A stretch of 26,462 bases of DNA from the NCBI GenBank assembly GCA_905212395.1, contig CAJMEI010000001.1, forward strand, positions 1-26,462. The letters are read 5' to 3'. The position numbers and the translations under genes are program-made. The DNA is from an uncultured Christensenella sp. (GTDB lineage Bacteria; Bacillota; Clostridia; Christensenellales; Borkfalkiaceae). Positions 18,235-26,462 of the stretch are shown here, piece after piece. The notes under the pieces were generated by a model. The model worked only from the letters and a program-made list of their open reading frames with translations. It was not told where the DNA came from and made no database searches. Numbering within the stretch: the stretch's first letter is position 1; each line of letters starts with the position of its first letter.

Positions 18235-18490
18235 ACTAACCTCCTTTCGTTACAAACAAAAATTTAGCATTTTAGCAATAATTTTTGTTTATTTAGCGGT
18301 AAAACACCAAACGAAAGTAAGGTTTTTCACCGCGTTTAGTTGATACTTCGCCCGGGGCGAGCGTCTGCGGATTCCATTTTTTATCTCCTTAAAATTTTAT
18401 GGTATTACAAGTTTTAAAGTTTTGAATTTGTAAAACTTATAATAACCGCGTTGTATTAGTTTACCTTTTACGATAATATAATACACGCTT
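18235..18490 (-). promoter_or_regulatory. Structured 5' leader of mgtE with an anti-SD switch
   Basis: Hairpins 18479-18488/18448-18458, 18431-18447/18401-18416, 18321-18333/18296-18308 and 18280-18290/18254-18264; anti-SD 18310-18324 is complementary to the SD region 18238-18251. Confidence 0.7.
18336..18377 (-). CDS. Putative 13-aa leader peptide MESADARPGRSIN upstream of mgtE
   Basis: AAGGAG (18390-18385), 7-nt spacer, ATG...TAA; GC-rich codons in an otherwise AT-rich leader. Confidence 0.7.
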   Translation of the reverse strand: MESADARPGRSIN

Positions 18491-18496
18491 ATTAAC

Positions 18497-18525
18497 AGTA
18501 TAGCATATTTATTTTTTTTTGACAA
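18497..18525 (-). promoter_or_regulatory. SigA promoter of the mgtE leader
   Basis: TTGTCA (18525-18520), 17-nt spacer, TATACT (18502-18497) with an extended -10 TGc. Confidence 0.75.
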
Positions 18526-18659
18526 CGCCATTTTAACGCCAAAAAAAATTTTTTTATAAAAAAAGCAAGCCTTTAAAACTTCATTCCAAAAGTTTTTCTT
18601 TTTAGTCAAACTTTTAGTTTTTCGTCATCTTGCTTGCCTTTTAAATTTTTAGGTAACTA

Positions 18660-19427
18660 CTAAATTTTTCTGTATTCGATACTTCCTAAATTATAATCTC
18701 TTACCAAATTTTCACTGTCGGTTTTATCGACGATTTCTATTCGCGTAACGTAATTGTCGGAATTTAAAACGTATTTTTCTCTATAAATACGGTTATTTTT
18801 TATATACTCTACGTCAATCGTAATAAAATTGCCCGAAGTGTTATACACTATCGTTTTTTTACTAAACGCTTTTTCATTGTTATAAAAAAATTCGTTGAAA
18901 TAAGTTTTGTCGTAATTTACTCTTATTTCTTTTCCATTTATCGTGATTTTACCGTCAGTAATAATAAAGCCTTCTTCGGGAACTATAAAAGTTTCGCCGT
19001 TATTTACTTTTCCCTTTATCGAAGTTACTTTATAGTTGGGTTGAGCTGTCGTAGCGTTTTGCTCTACTTTCGCAAGCAGTTCATCAACTGTCATATACGG
19101 ATTTTCCTGCTCTAATTTTGCATACAAAATTAAATTTTTAGTAATAGGCGTATTGTCAACGTCGAATTTTTGCGTGAACTCTTGGTCTAAATACCAACCT
19201 TCTACCGTAATCATACCTAACTGAGAGTCGTAATGACTATAAGTCGGAGGAGTAGTTTTTTGACCTTTTTCAACTTCTTTTTCCAAAACTTTCTCGTTAT
19301 TAATATAAAACTGTACCAAGTATTTTTCACCTGATTCAGAAGCTTTTTCTTTACTTTTACAACCTACAATATTTACTGCTGTAAAAAGTAAAAATAAGCT
19401 TAATAAAAGCAATAATGTTCTTTTCAT
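18660..19427 (-). CDS. Lipoprotein with one InlB B-repeat (Flg_new-like) domain
   Basis: Signal peptide ending IVG-C; VQF...EVEKGQK...P...VEGWYLDQ...FD....PITKNLILYAK repeat pattern. Confidence 0.75.
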   Translation of the reverse strand: MKRTLLLLLSLFLLFTAVNIVGCKSKEKASESGEKYLVQFYINNEKVLEKEVEKGQKTTPPTYSHYDSQLGMITVEGWYLDQEFTQKFDVDNTPITKNLILYAKLEQENPYMTVDELLAKVEQNATTAQPNYKVTSIKGKVNNGETFIVPEEGFIITDGKITINGKEIRVNYDKTYFNEFFYNNEKAFSKKTIVYNTSGNFITIDVEYIKNNRIYREKYVLNSDNYVTRIEIVDKTDSENLVRDYNLGSIEYRKI

Positions 19428-19452
19428 ATATTTTACTCCTTATATAAAATTT

Positions 19453-20187
19453 TCAATCTTTATACTCAACGCTTTTTAACGTCAATCCTTTTGCATTTAA
19501 GGTTTTGCCCAATAAATTTCTGTCCCCCGTTTCGTAAGATAACAAAACGTTTTCCTTGGGCAACTTCCCCATTCCTACCTGCAAAAGCGTTCCCGCCATA
19601 ATTCTTACCATATTGTATAAAAAACCGTCGCCCGTTACGGTAAAGATTAGGTCGCTTTCAAATTGCTTTAAACTACTATCGAAAATAGTTCTTTCGGTGC
19701 TTTTAACCGTCCTTCCACTGGAAGAAAACGCTTTAAAATCGTGATAGCCTTTAAAGAGTTTAACGCATTCTTGCATTTTTTCTATATCTACGTCGAATAT
19801 CTTTAAAGCGTATCTTTCCTTAACGGGAATCTCCGTTTCCGACAAATAAAACCTATATTCGTACGTCTTTTTTTTGCAAGAAAATCTTGCGTTAAAATCG
19901 TCTTTTGCTTTTTCGGTAGACAATACTTTGATATCTTCGGGCAAATAAGCGTTTATCGCCTTATAGAGCCGTTTAGCTTCTATTTTCTCGTCTATTTCAA
20001 AAGAGAATACCTGACCTAAAGCGTGTACGCCCGTATCCGTTCTTCCGCTACCCGTTATTCTAATATTTTTACCCGTCAAACTAAACAACGCCTTTTCTAT
20101 TTCGCCTTGAACGGTACGTTTTTCGCCTTGAACTTGCCAACCGTAAAAAAGCGTTCCGTCGTAAGATACCACTGCTTTTACTATCAT
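19453..20187 (-). CDS. truA: tRNA pseudouridine(38-40) synthase
   Basis: YDGT.FYGWQ.Q, GSGRTDTGVHA.GQ, FNARF, G.HDF..F, GDGFLYNMVRIM.G; usual position after ecfT. Confidence 0.96.
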   Translation of the reverse strand: MIVKAVVSYDGTLFYGWQVQGEKRTVQGEIEKALFSLTGKNIRITGSGRTDTGVHALGQVFSFEIDEKIEAKRLYKAINAYLPEDIKVLSTEKAKDDFNARFSCKKKTYEYRFYLSETEIPVKERYALKIFDVDIEKMQECVKLFKGYHDFKAFSSSGRTVKSTERTIFDSSLKQFESDLIFTVTGDGFLYNMVRIMAGTLLQVGMGKLPKENVLLSYETGDRNLLGKTLNAKGLTLKSVEYKD

Positions 20188-21002
20188 ATTACCCTACCGA
20201 GTTTAACGTTTATTATAATGCAACAAGTAAATACTATCGCAACCGCAACACAAGCAAAAACGTCTTTTAATCTTATTACGCTTTTTTTGTATTTAGTTCT
20301 TTTTTTGCTTCCGTTATAGCACCTTGCGTCCATTGCGTCGCCTAGTTGGTCGGCAATGTTAAAAGACGCTATTAATAGCGGAATTATTACGGGTACTAAA
20401 GCTTTTATTTTTTGAATAAAGTTGCCCGACTCTATTTGCGAACCCCTTGCCTTTTGCGCGTTTACTATCTGCTCCGTTTTTTCCGTAAGAGTGGGAATAA
20501 ACCTTAACGCGATACTCATAATAAGCGCCAACGTATGAATGGGAATTTTTATCCAAGTAAGCGGTTTTAACAAAATTTCTATTGCGTCGGTTAACTCTAT
20601 GGGAGTGCTTGTAAGCGTTAAAAGCGCGCTGGATATTGCCAAAAACACTAACCTTAACGCCATAAACGACGAAAATATTAAATTATGTTCGGTAATTTTT
20701 AACTTCCAAATTTTAAGCAAAACTTTTCCCGACTTATCCGAAAACAACAAGTTTAATATTACGGTAAAAATTATTAAAAACAAAATAGATTTTAAGCTTT
20801 TAATTACGCTTAAAAACGGAACGCCCGACAGTATTATAACTAAAAGCAAAAACACGCCTAACGCTAAAAATCCGTAAAAGTTTTTAATTAAAAATATCAA
20901 AACGACAAGCGCGATAAAAATTAAAAGCTTTATGCAGGCGTTCATTTTGTGAATAGGACTTTTTACGGGATAGTAACTTCCGAGCGATACGTCTTTTCTC
21001 AT
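20184..21002 (-). CDS. ecfT: Energy-coupling factor transporter transmembrane component T
   Basis: G.Y.P..S.IH, SIALRFIPTL, AQKARG and AMDARCY motifs; in an operon with two ATPases. Confidence 0.93.
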   Translation of the reverse strand: MRKDVSLGSYYPVKSPIHKMNACIKLLIFIALVVLIFLIKNFYGFLALGVFLLLVIILSGVPFLSVIKSLKSILFLIIFTVILNLLFSDKSGKVLLKIWKLKITEHNLIFSSFMALRLVFLAISSALLTLTSTPIELTDAIEILLKPLTWIKIPIHTLALIMSIALRFIPTLTEKTEQIVNAQKARGSQIESGNFIQKIKALVPVIIPLLIASFNIADQLGDAMDARCYNGSKKRTKYKKSVIRLKDVFACVAVAIVFTCCIIINVKLGRVI

Positions 21003-21877
21003 TTTTTCACCGCCTTTGCCACGGCGTTTACAAATCCGTCTAAGCTAAAATCGTTATCTATTTCTACGCCTTTATTTTTAAGCGCTTGCGTAAGCGTTGC
21101 CGTTACGGGGCAAGAAAGTCTTAATTCTTTTAATTTTTCTCCTTGCGAAAATACTTGCTTAGGCGTTCCGTCAAGCTCTATTTTCCCGTTAGAAAATACT
21201 ACTACTCTGTCACAGTTGTCGCAAACTTCGTCCATATCGTGCGATACGATAATTACGGTTTTGCAAATATCGCCCTTTATTTTTTTTATTAAATCCATTA
21301 AAGCGGTTTTACCTACGGGGTCAAGACCTGCCAAAGGCTCGTCTAAAACCAAAATTTCGGGACGAGTGGCAATTATGCCCGCAATAGCAACTCTTCTTTT
21401 CTGTCCGCCCGAAAGTTCGAACGGGGACAAATCTTTAACTTCTTCGTAGTTCATTCCAAGCGTTTCAAGCGCCTGTTTTACCCTTTCCGCAACTTCTTGT
21501 TCGGACAATTCGGGATAGAATTTTTTTACCCCGAAAGCGCAGTCCGCATAAACGGTTTCGGCAAAGAGTTGATATTCGGGATACTGAAAAACCATTCCGA
21601 CTTTTTTTCTAAGTTCTATTAAAGACTTTTTTAACTTCTTTTTTTCTTTGCGAGTTTTAGGGGATAAATTAAATTCTCCAACCTGCAAAAAGCCTTCGTC
21701 AACTTCTATAAGTCGGTTTATATGTTGAATAAAGGTGGATTTTCCGCTACCCGTATGACCTATTATTCCTACCGTTTCGCCTTCCGAAATATTAAGGCTT
21801 ACGCCGTTTAAAGCAACGCTTGCGAACTTACTTTTTTTGTTAAAGGTAAAACTTAAGTCTTTGCAAACAATCTGCAT
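20999..21877 (-). CDS. ecfA2: Energy-coupling factor transporter ATPase A2
   Basis: GHTGSGKST, VFQYPEYQLF, SPFELSGGQKRRVAIAG, LDEP.AGLDP. Confidence 0.94.
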   Translation of the reverse strand: MQIVCKDLSFTFNKKSKFASVALNGVSLNISEGETVGIIGHTGSGKSTFIQHINRLIEVDEGFLQVGEFNLSPKTRKEKKKLKKSLIELRKKVGMVFQYPEYQLFAETVYADCAFGVKKFYPELSEQEVAERVKQALETLGMNYEEVKDLSPFELSGGQKRRVAIAGIIATRPEILVLDEPLAGLDPVGKTALMDLIKKIKGDICKTVIIVSHDMDEVCDNCDRVVVFSNGKIELDGTPKQVFSQGEKLKELRLSCPVTATLTQALKNKGVEIDNDFSLDGFVNAVAKAVKK

Positions 21878-22683
21878 AAATTTCCCTCCAACTCTTCTTC
21901 GGTTAAAACTTCGCCCGCGTCTATTCCTTTTTCTTTTAACTTTTTAGCTATAATCGTAGCTCTAGGGAGCGTAAGTCCCGCTTTTTTTATAGCCTCTTCG
22001 TCGGCAAAAACTTCTCTCGGCGTTCCGCTCTTTATAATTTCTCCGTCGTTAAACACGAAAACTTTATCGCAATTTATGGTTTCTTCCATATAGTGAGTTA
22101 TTAAAATTACGGTTAAATTTTCTTCTTTACGGAGCTTTTCAACAATGTCCATTATCTCTTTTCTACCCTTGGGGTCGAGCATGGAAGTAGCTTCGTCCAA
22201 AATTAAAATTTTAGGCTTTATCGCCAAAACAGAAGCAATGGCAATCCTTTGTTTTTGTCCGCCCGAAAGCCTTGAAAACGTTTTATTCCGAAATTCTTCC
22301 ATTTCGGTTACTTTTAAGGCGAAATCTATTCTTTTAGCTATTTCTTTCCTTTCTACGCCTAAATTTTCGGGTCCGAAAGCTACGTCGTCTTCTACTATCG
22401 TGGCAACCGACTGATTATCGGGGTTTTGAAAAACCATTCCCGCCGTTTTGCGTATTTCAAAGACGTTTTTTTTGTCGGAAGCGACCATTCCGTAAACTAA
22501 AATTTCTCCGCTTAAAGCCGAAAGCAAACAATTTATGAGCTTTGCGGTCGTGCTTTTGCCCGAACCGTTACGCCCTATAAACGCAACTTCTTGCCCTTCT
22601 TCGATAGAAAAATTAAGATTTTTTAATATTTGTTTCCCGTTTTGATAACTAAAAGAAACGTTTTTAAATTCAACAGCCGTCAT
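21853..22683 (-). CDS. ecfA1: Energy-coupling factor transporter ATPase A1
   Basis: GRNGSGKST, VFQNPDNQ, DDVAFGPENLG, LSGGQKQRIAIA, LDEATSMLDP. Confidence 0.94.
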   Translation of the reverse strand: MTAVEFKNVSFSYQNGKQILKNLNFSIEEGQEVAFIGRNGSGKSTTAKLINCLLSALSGEILVYGMVASDKKNVFEIRKTAGMVFQNPDNQSVATIVEDDVAFGPENLGVERKEIAKRIDFALKVTEMEEFRNKTFSRLSGGQKQRIAIASVLAIKPKILILDEATSMLDPKGRKEIMDIVEKLRKEENLTVILITHYMEETINCDKVFVFNDGEIIKSGTPREVFADEEAIKKAGLTLPRATIIAKKLKEKGIDAGEVLTEEELEGNLCRLFAKT

Positions 22684-22811
22684 TTCCCCTGTTTTTTCCG
22701 CCTAAATTTTGTTTTTAACATTATATCATAAAAATAACGTTTTGCAAAACTTTTTAATCGGCTTTTCTACAAAATACTCGCTAAGTAGTTGTTATTTTTA
22801 GCAAAAAATAA

Positions 22812-22840
22812 TTGAAAAATTTTTATTATTGTGTTAAAAT
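22812..22840 (+). promoter_or_regulatory. SigA-type promoter of the ftsH operon
   Basis: TTGAAA, 17-nt spacer, TAAAAT with an extended -10 TGt. Confidence 0.55.
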
Positions 22841-22993
22841 ACCAACTGAATAAATAATTTAAAATTCTTAGTGATATACTATTATAAGAGTTTTATCGAT
22901 TTTCGCTTGAAAATAGCAATAACAATAAAGTTTGAATTAAGTTTAAAAACTTATAATCCTACTTGAAAACCGATAATTTTGGAGGATAGCAAT

Positions 22994-24967
22994 TTGAAAA
23001 AAAGCACCAAAACGTTGATAATTATAATCTGCGCGATACTTTTAGCGGTAATACTCGCGTCCGTTTACTTTTCTAACAGAGCAAAAAAAGTCGATACGGA
23101 CGAATTTTTGGAAAGCGCAGGTCTTGTTTGGGTTTCCCCTGACCATGAAAACGATCCCGACGTAATAACCGTAAATAACAGAAAATTTAAAGTCGATAAA
23201 ACGAAAGCCGAAATTAAATACGTTGTAATTTCTTCTTACGAATTAAAGGGTTACAACGCAAAAGGCGTTCAAATATATAAATCTGCAATCGACAGGGACG
23301 GATATTATTACGCTTACTTAGACGCTTTAAAGGCAAACGATTGTATTAGCGGTTATAACTTTACCGACCCTAACGAAGGCTCTTTCTTCTCTTCAATAAT
23401 TCTGCCCTTACTACTCAACGTTGTTTTGATAGTAGTCGTCTTGATAATATTCAGACAAATGAGCGGAGGCGGGAAATCCGCTATGGATTTCGGAAAAACC
23501 AAGGCAAGAGTTTCTCAGTCCAGAGTTCGCTTTACCGACGTTGCGGGCGCGGAAGAAGAAAAAGAAGAATTAAAAGAAATAGTAGAATTTTTAAAAGCTC
23601 CTAAAAAATTCGTAGATTTAGGCGCGAGAATCCCTAGAGGCGTTCTACTCGTAGGACCGCCCGGAACGGGAAAAACGCTATTTGCAAAAGCAGTCGCGGG
23701 GGAAGCTAACGTTCCGTTCTTCTCTATCAGCGGTTCAGACTTCGTAGAAATGTTCGTAGGCGTAGGCGCTTCGAGAGTAAGAGATTTATTCGCAACCGCC
23801 AAAAAGAATATGCCTTGTATAGTATTTATAGACGAAATAGACGCGGTTGGTCGTCAAAGAGGCGCGGGACTCGGTGGCGGAAACGACGAAAGAGAACAAA
23901 CGCTTAACCAACTACTCGTTCAAATGGACGGTTTCGATACAGGCGACGGAATTATAATTATCGCGGCAACCAACAGAGCCGACATATTAGACCCCGCTCT
24001 TCTTCGTCCGGGAAGATTTGACAGACAAATTTACGTCAACCTACCCGACGTTAGAGGTAGAGAAGCTATTTTAAAAGTTCACGCAAGAAATAAACCGCTT
24101 GCAAAAGACGTAAACTTTAAAACTCTTGCAAGACTTACTTCGGGCTTTTCAGGCGCAGACTTAGCTAACCTTTTAAACGAAGCTGCAATTTTAACCGCAA
24201 GAGCTAACCGCCCTTGCATCACTAACACCGATTTGTACGAAGCAATTAACAAAGTTTTAATAGGTCCGCAAAAGAAGAGCAGACTCGTTACCGAAACGGA
24301 TAAGAGAATTACCGCTTACCACGAATCGGGACACGCGATACTTGCAAGACTTCTTCCCCACTGCGACCCCGTACAAGAAGTTTCTATTATTCCGAGAGGC
24401 AGAGCCGCAGGCTACACTATGACTCGCCCCGACGACGATAGCAACCACATTAACAAATCTAAACTTTTAGACGATATAGTTATGACGCTAGGCGGTAGAG
24501 TTGCCGAAGAAATAGTCATTCACGAAATTTCGGCAGGCGCTAGCAACGATATTTCGGTTGTAACACAAAGAGCAAGAAAAATGGTTACCGAATGGGGTAT
24601 GAGCGACAAAATAGGCCCTGTAAACTACGGCGATAACGACCAAATTTTCGTTGGAAGAGATTATCAAACCAAGACCCCTTACAGCGAAGAAACGGCTAAA
24701 ATAATAGACGAAGAAATTGAAACTATTATTAAAGACGCTCATAAAAAAGCAACCGAATTACTATCTACCCACAAAAACTTACTCGACGTTATGGCAAGGC
24801 TTTTAATTGAAAGAGAAACTATTTACTCCGAAGAAGTAGATATGATAATGGACGGGAAAACGGTTGCGGAGATTTTAGAAAATATCGACGAAAGAGATAA
24901 AAAGAGAAAAGAAAATCCGTTTGGAGTTTCTACTAACGAAAATTTTACAAACCAAACTAACGGTTAA
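22994..24967 (+). CDS. ftsH: ATP-dependent zinc metalloprotease FtsH
   Basis: Two TMs, [30 protein letters not shown] and the HESGH zinc motif. Start moved to TTG 22994 because GGAGGA lies at 22981-22986. Confidence 0.97.
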   Translation: MKKSTKTLIIIICAILLAVILASVYFSNRAKKVDTDEFLESAGLVWVSPDHENDPDVITVNNRKFKVDKTKAEIKYVVISSYELKGYNAKGVQIYKSAIDRDGYYYAYLDALKANDCISGYNFTDPNEGSFFSSIILPLLLNVVLIVVVLIIFRQMSGGGKSAMDFGKTKARVSQSRVRFTDVAGAEEEKEELKEIVEFLKAPKKFVDLGARIPRGVLLVGPPGTGKTLFAKAVAGEANVPFFSISGSDFVEMFVGVGASRVRDLFATAKKNMPCIVFIDEIDAVGRQRGAGLGGGNDEREQTLNQLLVQMDGFDTGDGIIIIAATNRADILDPALLRPGRFDRQIYVNLPDVRGREAILKVHARNKPLAKDVNFKTLARLTSGFSGADLANLLNEAAILTARANRPCITNTDLYEAINKVLIGPQKKSRLVTETDKRITAYHESGHAILARLLPHCDPVQEVSIIPRGRAAGYTMTRPDDDSNHINKSKLLDDIVMTLGGRVAEEIVIHEISAGASNDISVVTQRARKMVTEWGMSDKIGPVNYGDNDQIFVGRDYQTKTPYSEETAKIIDEEIETIIKDAHKKATELLSTHKNLLDVMARLLIERETIYSEEVDMIMDGKTVAEILENIDERDKKRKENPFGVSTNENFTNQTNG

Positions 24968-24973
24968 GTTTAA

Positions 24974-25768
24974 ATGCAAGACAAACAAACCATTACGGAA
25001 TTAGATATAAACAAAATTTACGCAAACCCTAATCAACCGAGAAAAACTTTTGACGAAAATTTAATTGACGAACTTGCCCTATCTATAAAAAAACACGGGA
25101 TAATATCCCCAATTATAGTCCAAAAAAAAGAAAGCGGTTATTATATGATAATCGCGGGAGAAAGAAGATATAGGGCGGTTAAAAAATTAGGAATACAAAC
25201 TATTCCCGCAATAGTTAAAACGTTCGACGATAAAAAAGTAGACGAAATAGCTATTATAGAAAACTTACAACGGGAAGATTTAAACCCCGTAGACGAAGCT
25301 AACGGCTTTAAACGCCTTATGCAAGAATACTCTATGACGCAAGAAGAACTTGCCTTGTCCGTAGGAAAAAGTCGTAGCGCGATAGCTAATAAATTAAGGC
25401 TATTAACTCTTTCGAGAGAAGTTTTATATTATCTTGAAAAAGGAGTTATTTCGGAAGCCCACGCAAGAACGTTAATTCCGCTTGAAGTTAAGTATCAAAA
25501 GTTTTTTTTAGATAAAATAAGAAAAGAAGGTTGGTCGGTTAGAAAAACCGAAACGGAAGTTAAAAAGCTTTCCGCCCCGCAACCTAAACAAACGGTAAAA
25601 CAAAAAAACAGCGAACTTACGGAACTTGTTTTAAGATTAGAGCATATTCTAAAAACGAGAGTTTCCGCCGTCGGCGACGGAGAAAAAGGTAAAATATCTA
25701 TTGAATATTTTACCCCGGACGATTTAAACAGACTTTTTGAAATTATTGACAAAATAGAACAAGGATAA
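24974..25768 (+). CDS. ParB/Spo0J/Noc-family CTP-binding DNA-binding protein
   Basis: NPNQPRKTF, IIAGERRYRA, IIENLQREDLNP, HTH TQEELALSVGKSRSAIANKLRLL, and a C-terminal G.GKI.IEY dimerisation region. Confidence 0.92.
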   Translation: MQDKQTITELDINKIYANPNQPRKTFDENLIDELALSIKKHGIISPIIVQKKESGYYMIIAGERRYRAVKKLGIQTIPAIVKTFDDKKVDEIAIIENLQREDLNPVDEANGFKRLMQEYSMTQEELALSVGKSRSAIANKLRLLTLSREVLYYLEKGVISEAHARTLIPLEVKYQKFFLDKIRKEGWSVRKTETEVKKLSAPQPKQTVKQKNSELTELVLRLEHILKTRVSAVGDGEKGKISIEYFTPDDLNRLFEIIDKIEQG

Positions 25769-25778
25769 GGTAAAAAAT

Positions 25779-26243
25779 ATGGAAGTAAATTCTTTAATTG
25801 CAAAATCGGTTATGGTAACGGGACACAGAGTCGTAGAAAACTTAGACGAAAAAAAATTAGAAGAAATTTTTAAGCTTTTAATTAAAAAAGGCTACACTCG
25901 TTTTTACGTCGGAATGGCGCTCGGATTCGATACCATTTGTTTTAAAATTTTAGAAAAATTAAGAGAAAATAACGATATTACTTTAATTGCCTGCATTCCT
26001 TGCAGAGAACAAGACAAATATTTTACCAATTCTCAAAAAGAAGAATACGCAAGAATGTTAAAGTCTGCAAACGAAAAACATTTGTTAGGCGAAAAGTTTA
26101 CGTCGTATTGTATGTACAGAAGAAATTGTTATATGGTAGACCATAGCGCGATAGTCGTAGCGTACTTACATAAATCTTTCGGCGGAACGTTTAACACCGT
26201 AAAATACGCTGAAAAGAAAGGGAAAAAAATTATTAACGTATAA
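25779..26243 (+). CDS. DUF1273/YpsA-like SLOG-superfamily protein
   Basis: VTGHR, GMALGFD, IPC..Q, RNCYMVDHS, GGT.NTVKYA.K motifs. Confidence 0.85.
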   Translation: MEVNSLIAKSVMVTGHRVVENLDEKKLEEIFKLLIKKGYTRFYVGMALGFDTICFKILEKLRENNDITLIACIPCREQDKYFTNSQKEEYARMLKSANEKHLLGEKFTSYCMYRRNCYMVDHSAIVVAYLHKSFGGTFNTVKYAEKKGKKIINV

Positions 26244-26256
26244 TTGATTTTTGCTT

Positions 26257-26289
26257 CTAACCGTTGCGCTTAATAATATAATTCACCAT
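26257..26289 (-). pseudogene. Possible relic 5' end of an ATP-cone gene (ribonucleotide reductase-like), MVNYIIKRNG*
   Basis: IIKRNG matches the ATP-cone N-terminal VxKRDG motif, and an NrdR-like box lies upstream on the same strand. Very short. Confidence 0.4.
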
Positions 26290-26296
26290 AACTTTC

Positions 26297-26324
26297 AAGC
26301 GGAAAGACTTACGTCTTTCCGCTT
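26297..26324 (+). terminator. Intrinsic terminator of the ftsH-parB-DUF1273 unit
   Basis: aagcggaaagac / gtctttccgctt stem followed by Ts. Confidence 0.85.
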
Positions 26325-26358
26325 TTTAACTGTTCAAATAATTATGTAAAAAAGTCAA

Positions 26359-26394
26359 TATCTTGTATATTGTCTTGTATGCTATCTTGTATAT
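26359..26394. repeat. Three 12-nt-period direct repeats (tcttgtat core), including an NrdR-box-like site
   Basis: tatcttgtatat tgtcttgtatgc tatcttgtatat; the minus strand reads ATACAAGATATTGA. Confidence 0.6.
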
Positions 26395-26421
26395 TTTAAG
26401 GGCTTTTTTTGCAAATTTTAA

Positions 26422-26446
26422 AAGGGACGGCGTTTTGCCGTCCCTT
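26422..26446. terminator. Terminator hairpin, probably of a minus-strand gene beyond the window
   Basis: aagggacggc / gccgtccctt GC-rich stem. Confidence 0.7.
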
Positions 26447-26462
26447 AAAACAATATTTTTCG

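Noticed and set aside
18235..18490. M-box (ykoK) riboswitch
   Set aside because: The conserved core sequences are not visible by eye; a cmscan would confirm.
18397..18609. 70-aa minus-strand ORF upstream of mgtE
   Set aside because: Non-ATG start with no RBS, low-complexity K/F-rich sequence, and it overlaps a clear SigA promoter and the leader hairpins.
19453..22683. ECF transporter module with no S-component
   Set aside because: ecfA1-ecfA2-ecfT-truA is the normal group II arrangement in Firmicutes, with S-components encoded elsewhere.
26257..26259. TAG read-through or recoding in the ATP-cone-like fragment
   Set aside because: A TAA follows eight codons later, and TAG serves as a normal stop for the gene ending at 18660.

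Overview
A low-GC chromosomal segment from an anaerobic Firmicute (Clostridia-like; the taxonomy is an inference). Most genes are on the minus strand: pyruvate:ferredoxin oxidoreductase, a frameshifted membrane-protein gene with an inositol monophosphatase, an ECF sigma factor with two RsgI-like (NP-autocleavage type) proteins, a 1621-aa surface GH97 glycosidase with NPCBM/CBM51 modules (its AraC regulator is divergent, on +), DUF1846, mgtE, a lipoprotein, and the ecfA1-ecfA2-ecfT-truA operon. ftsH-parB-like-DUF1273 lie on the plus strand. The most notable unannotated signals are: (1) a ~255-nt structured mgtE leader with no M-box, carrying a 13-codon uORF (MESADARPGRSIN) with a strong RBS and a mutually exclusive anti-SD / anti-anti-SD switch, a candidate leader-peptide Mg2+ attenuator; (2) an identical bipartite motif upstream of the ECF sigma gene and of the RsgI-like lipoprotein gene, a candidate ECF promoter; (3) an intergenic element of three GCAA-loop hairpins; (4) a relic ATP-cone start with an NrdR-like box; (5) an orphan ParB with a mixed ParB/Noc specificity code. 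No CRISPR array, tRNA, rRNA or transposase was seen. All family calls are from motif recognition; no database searches were run.
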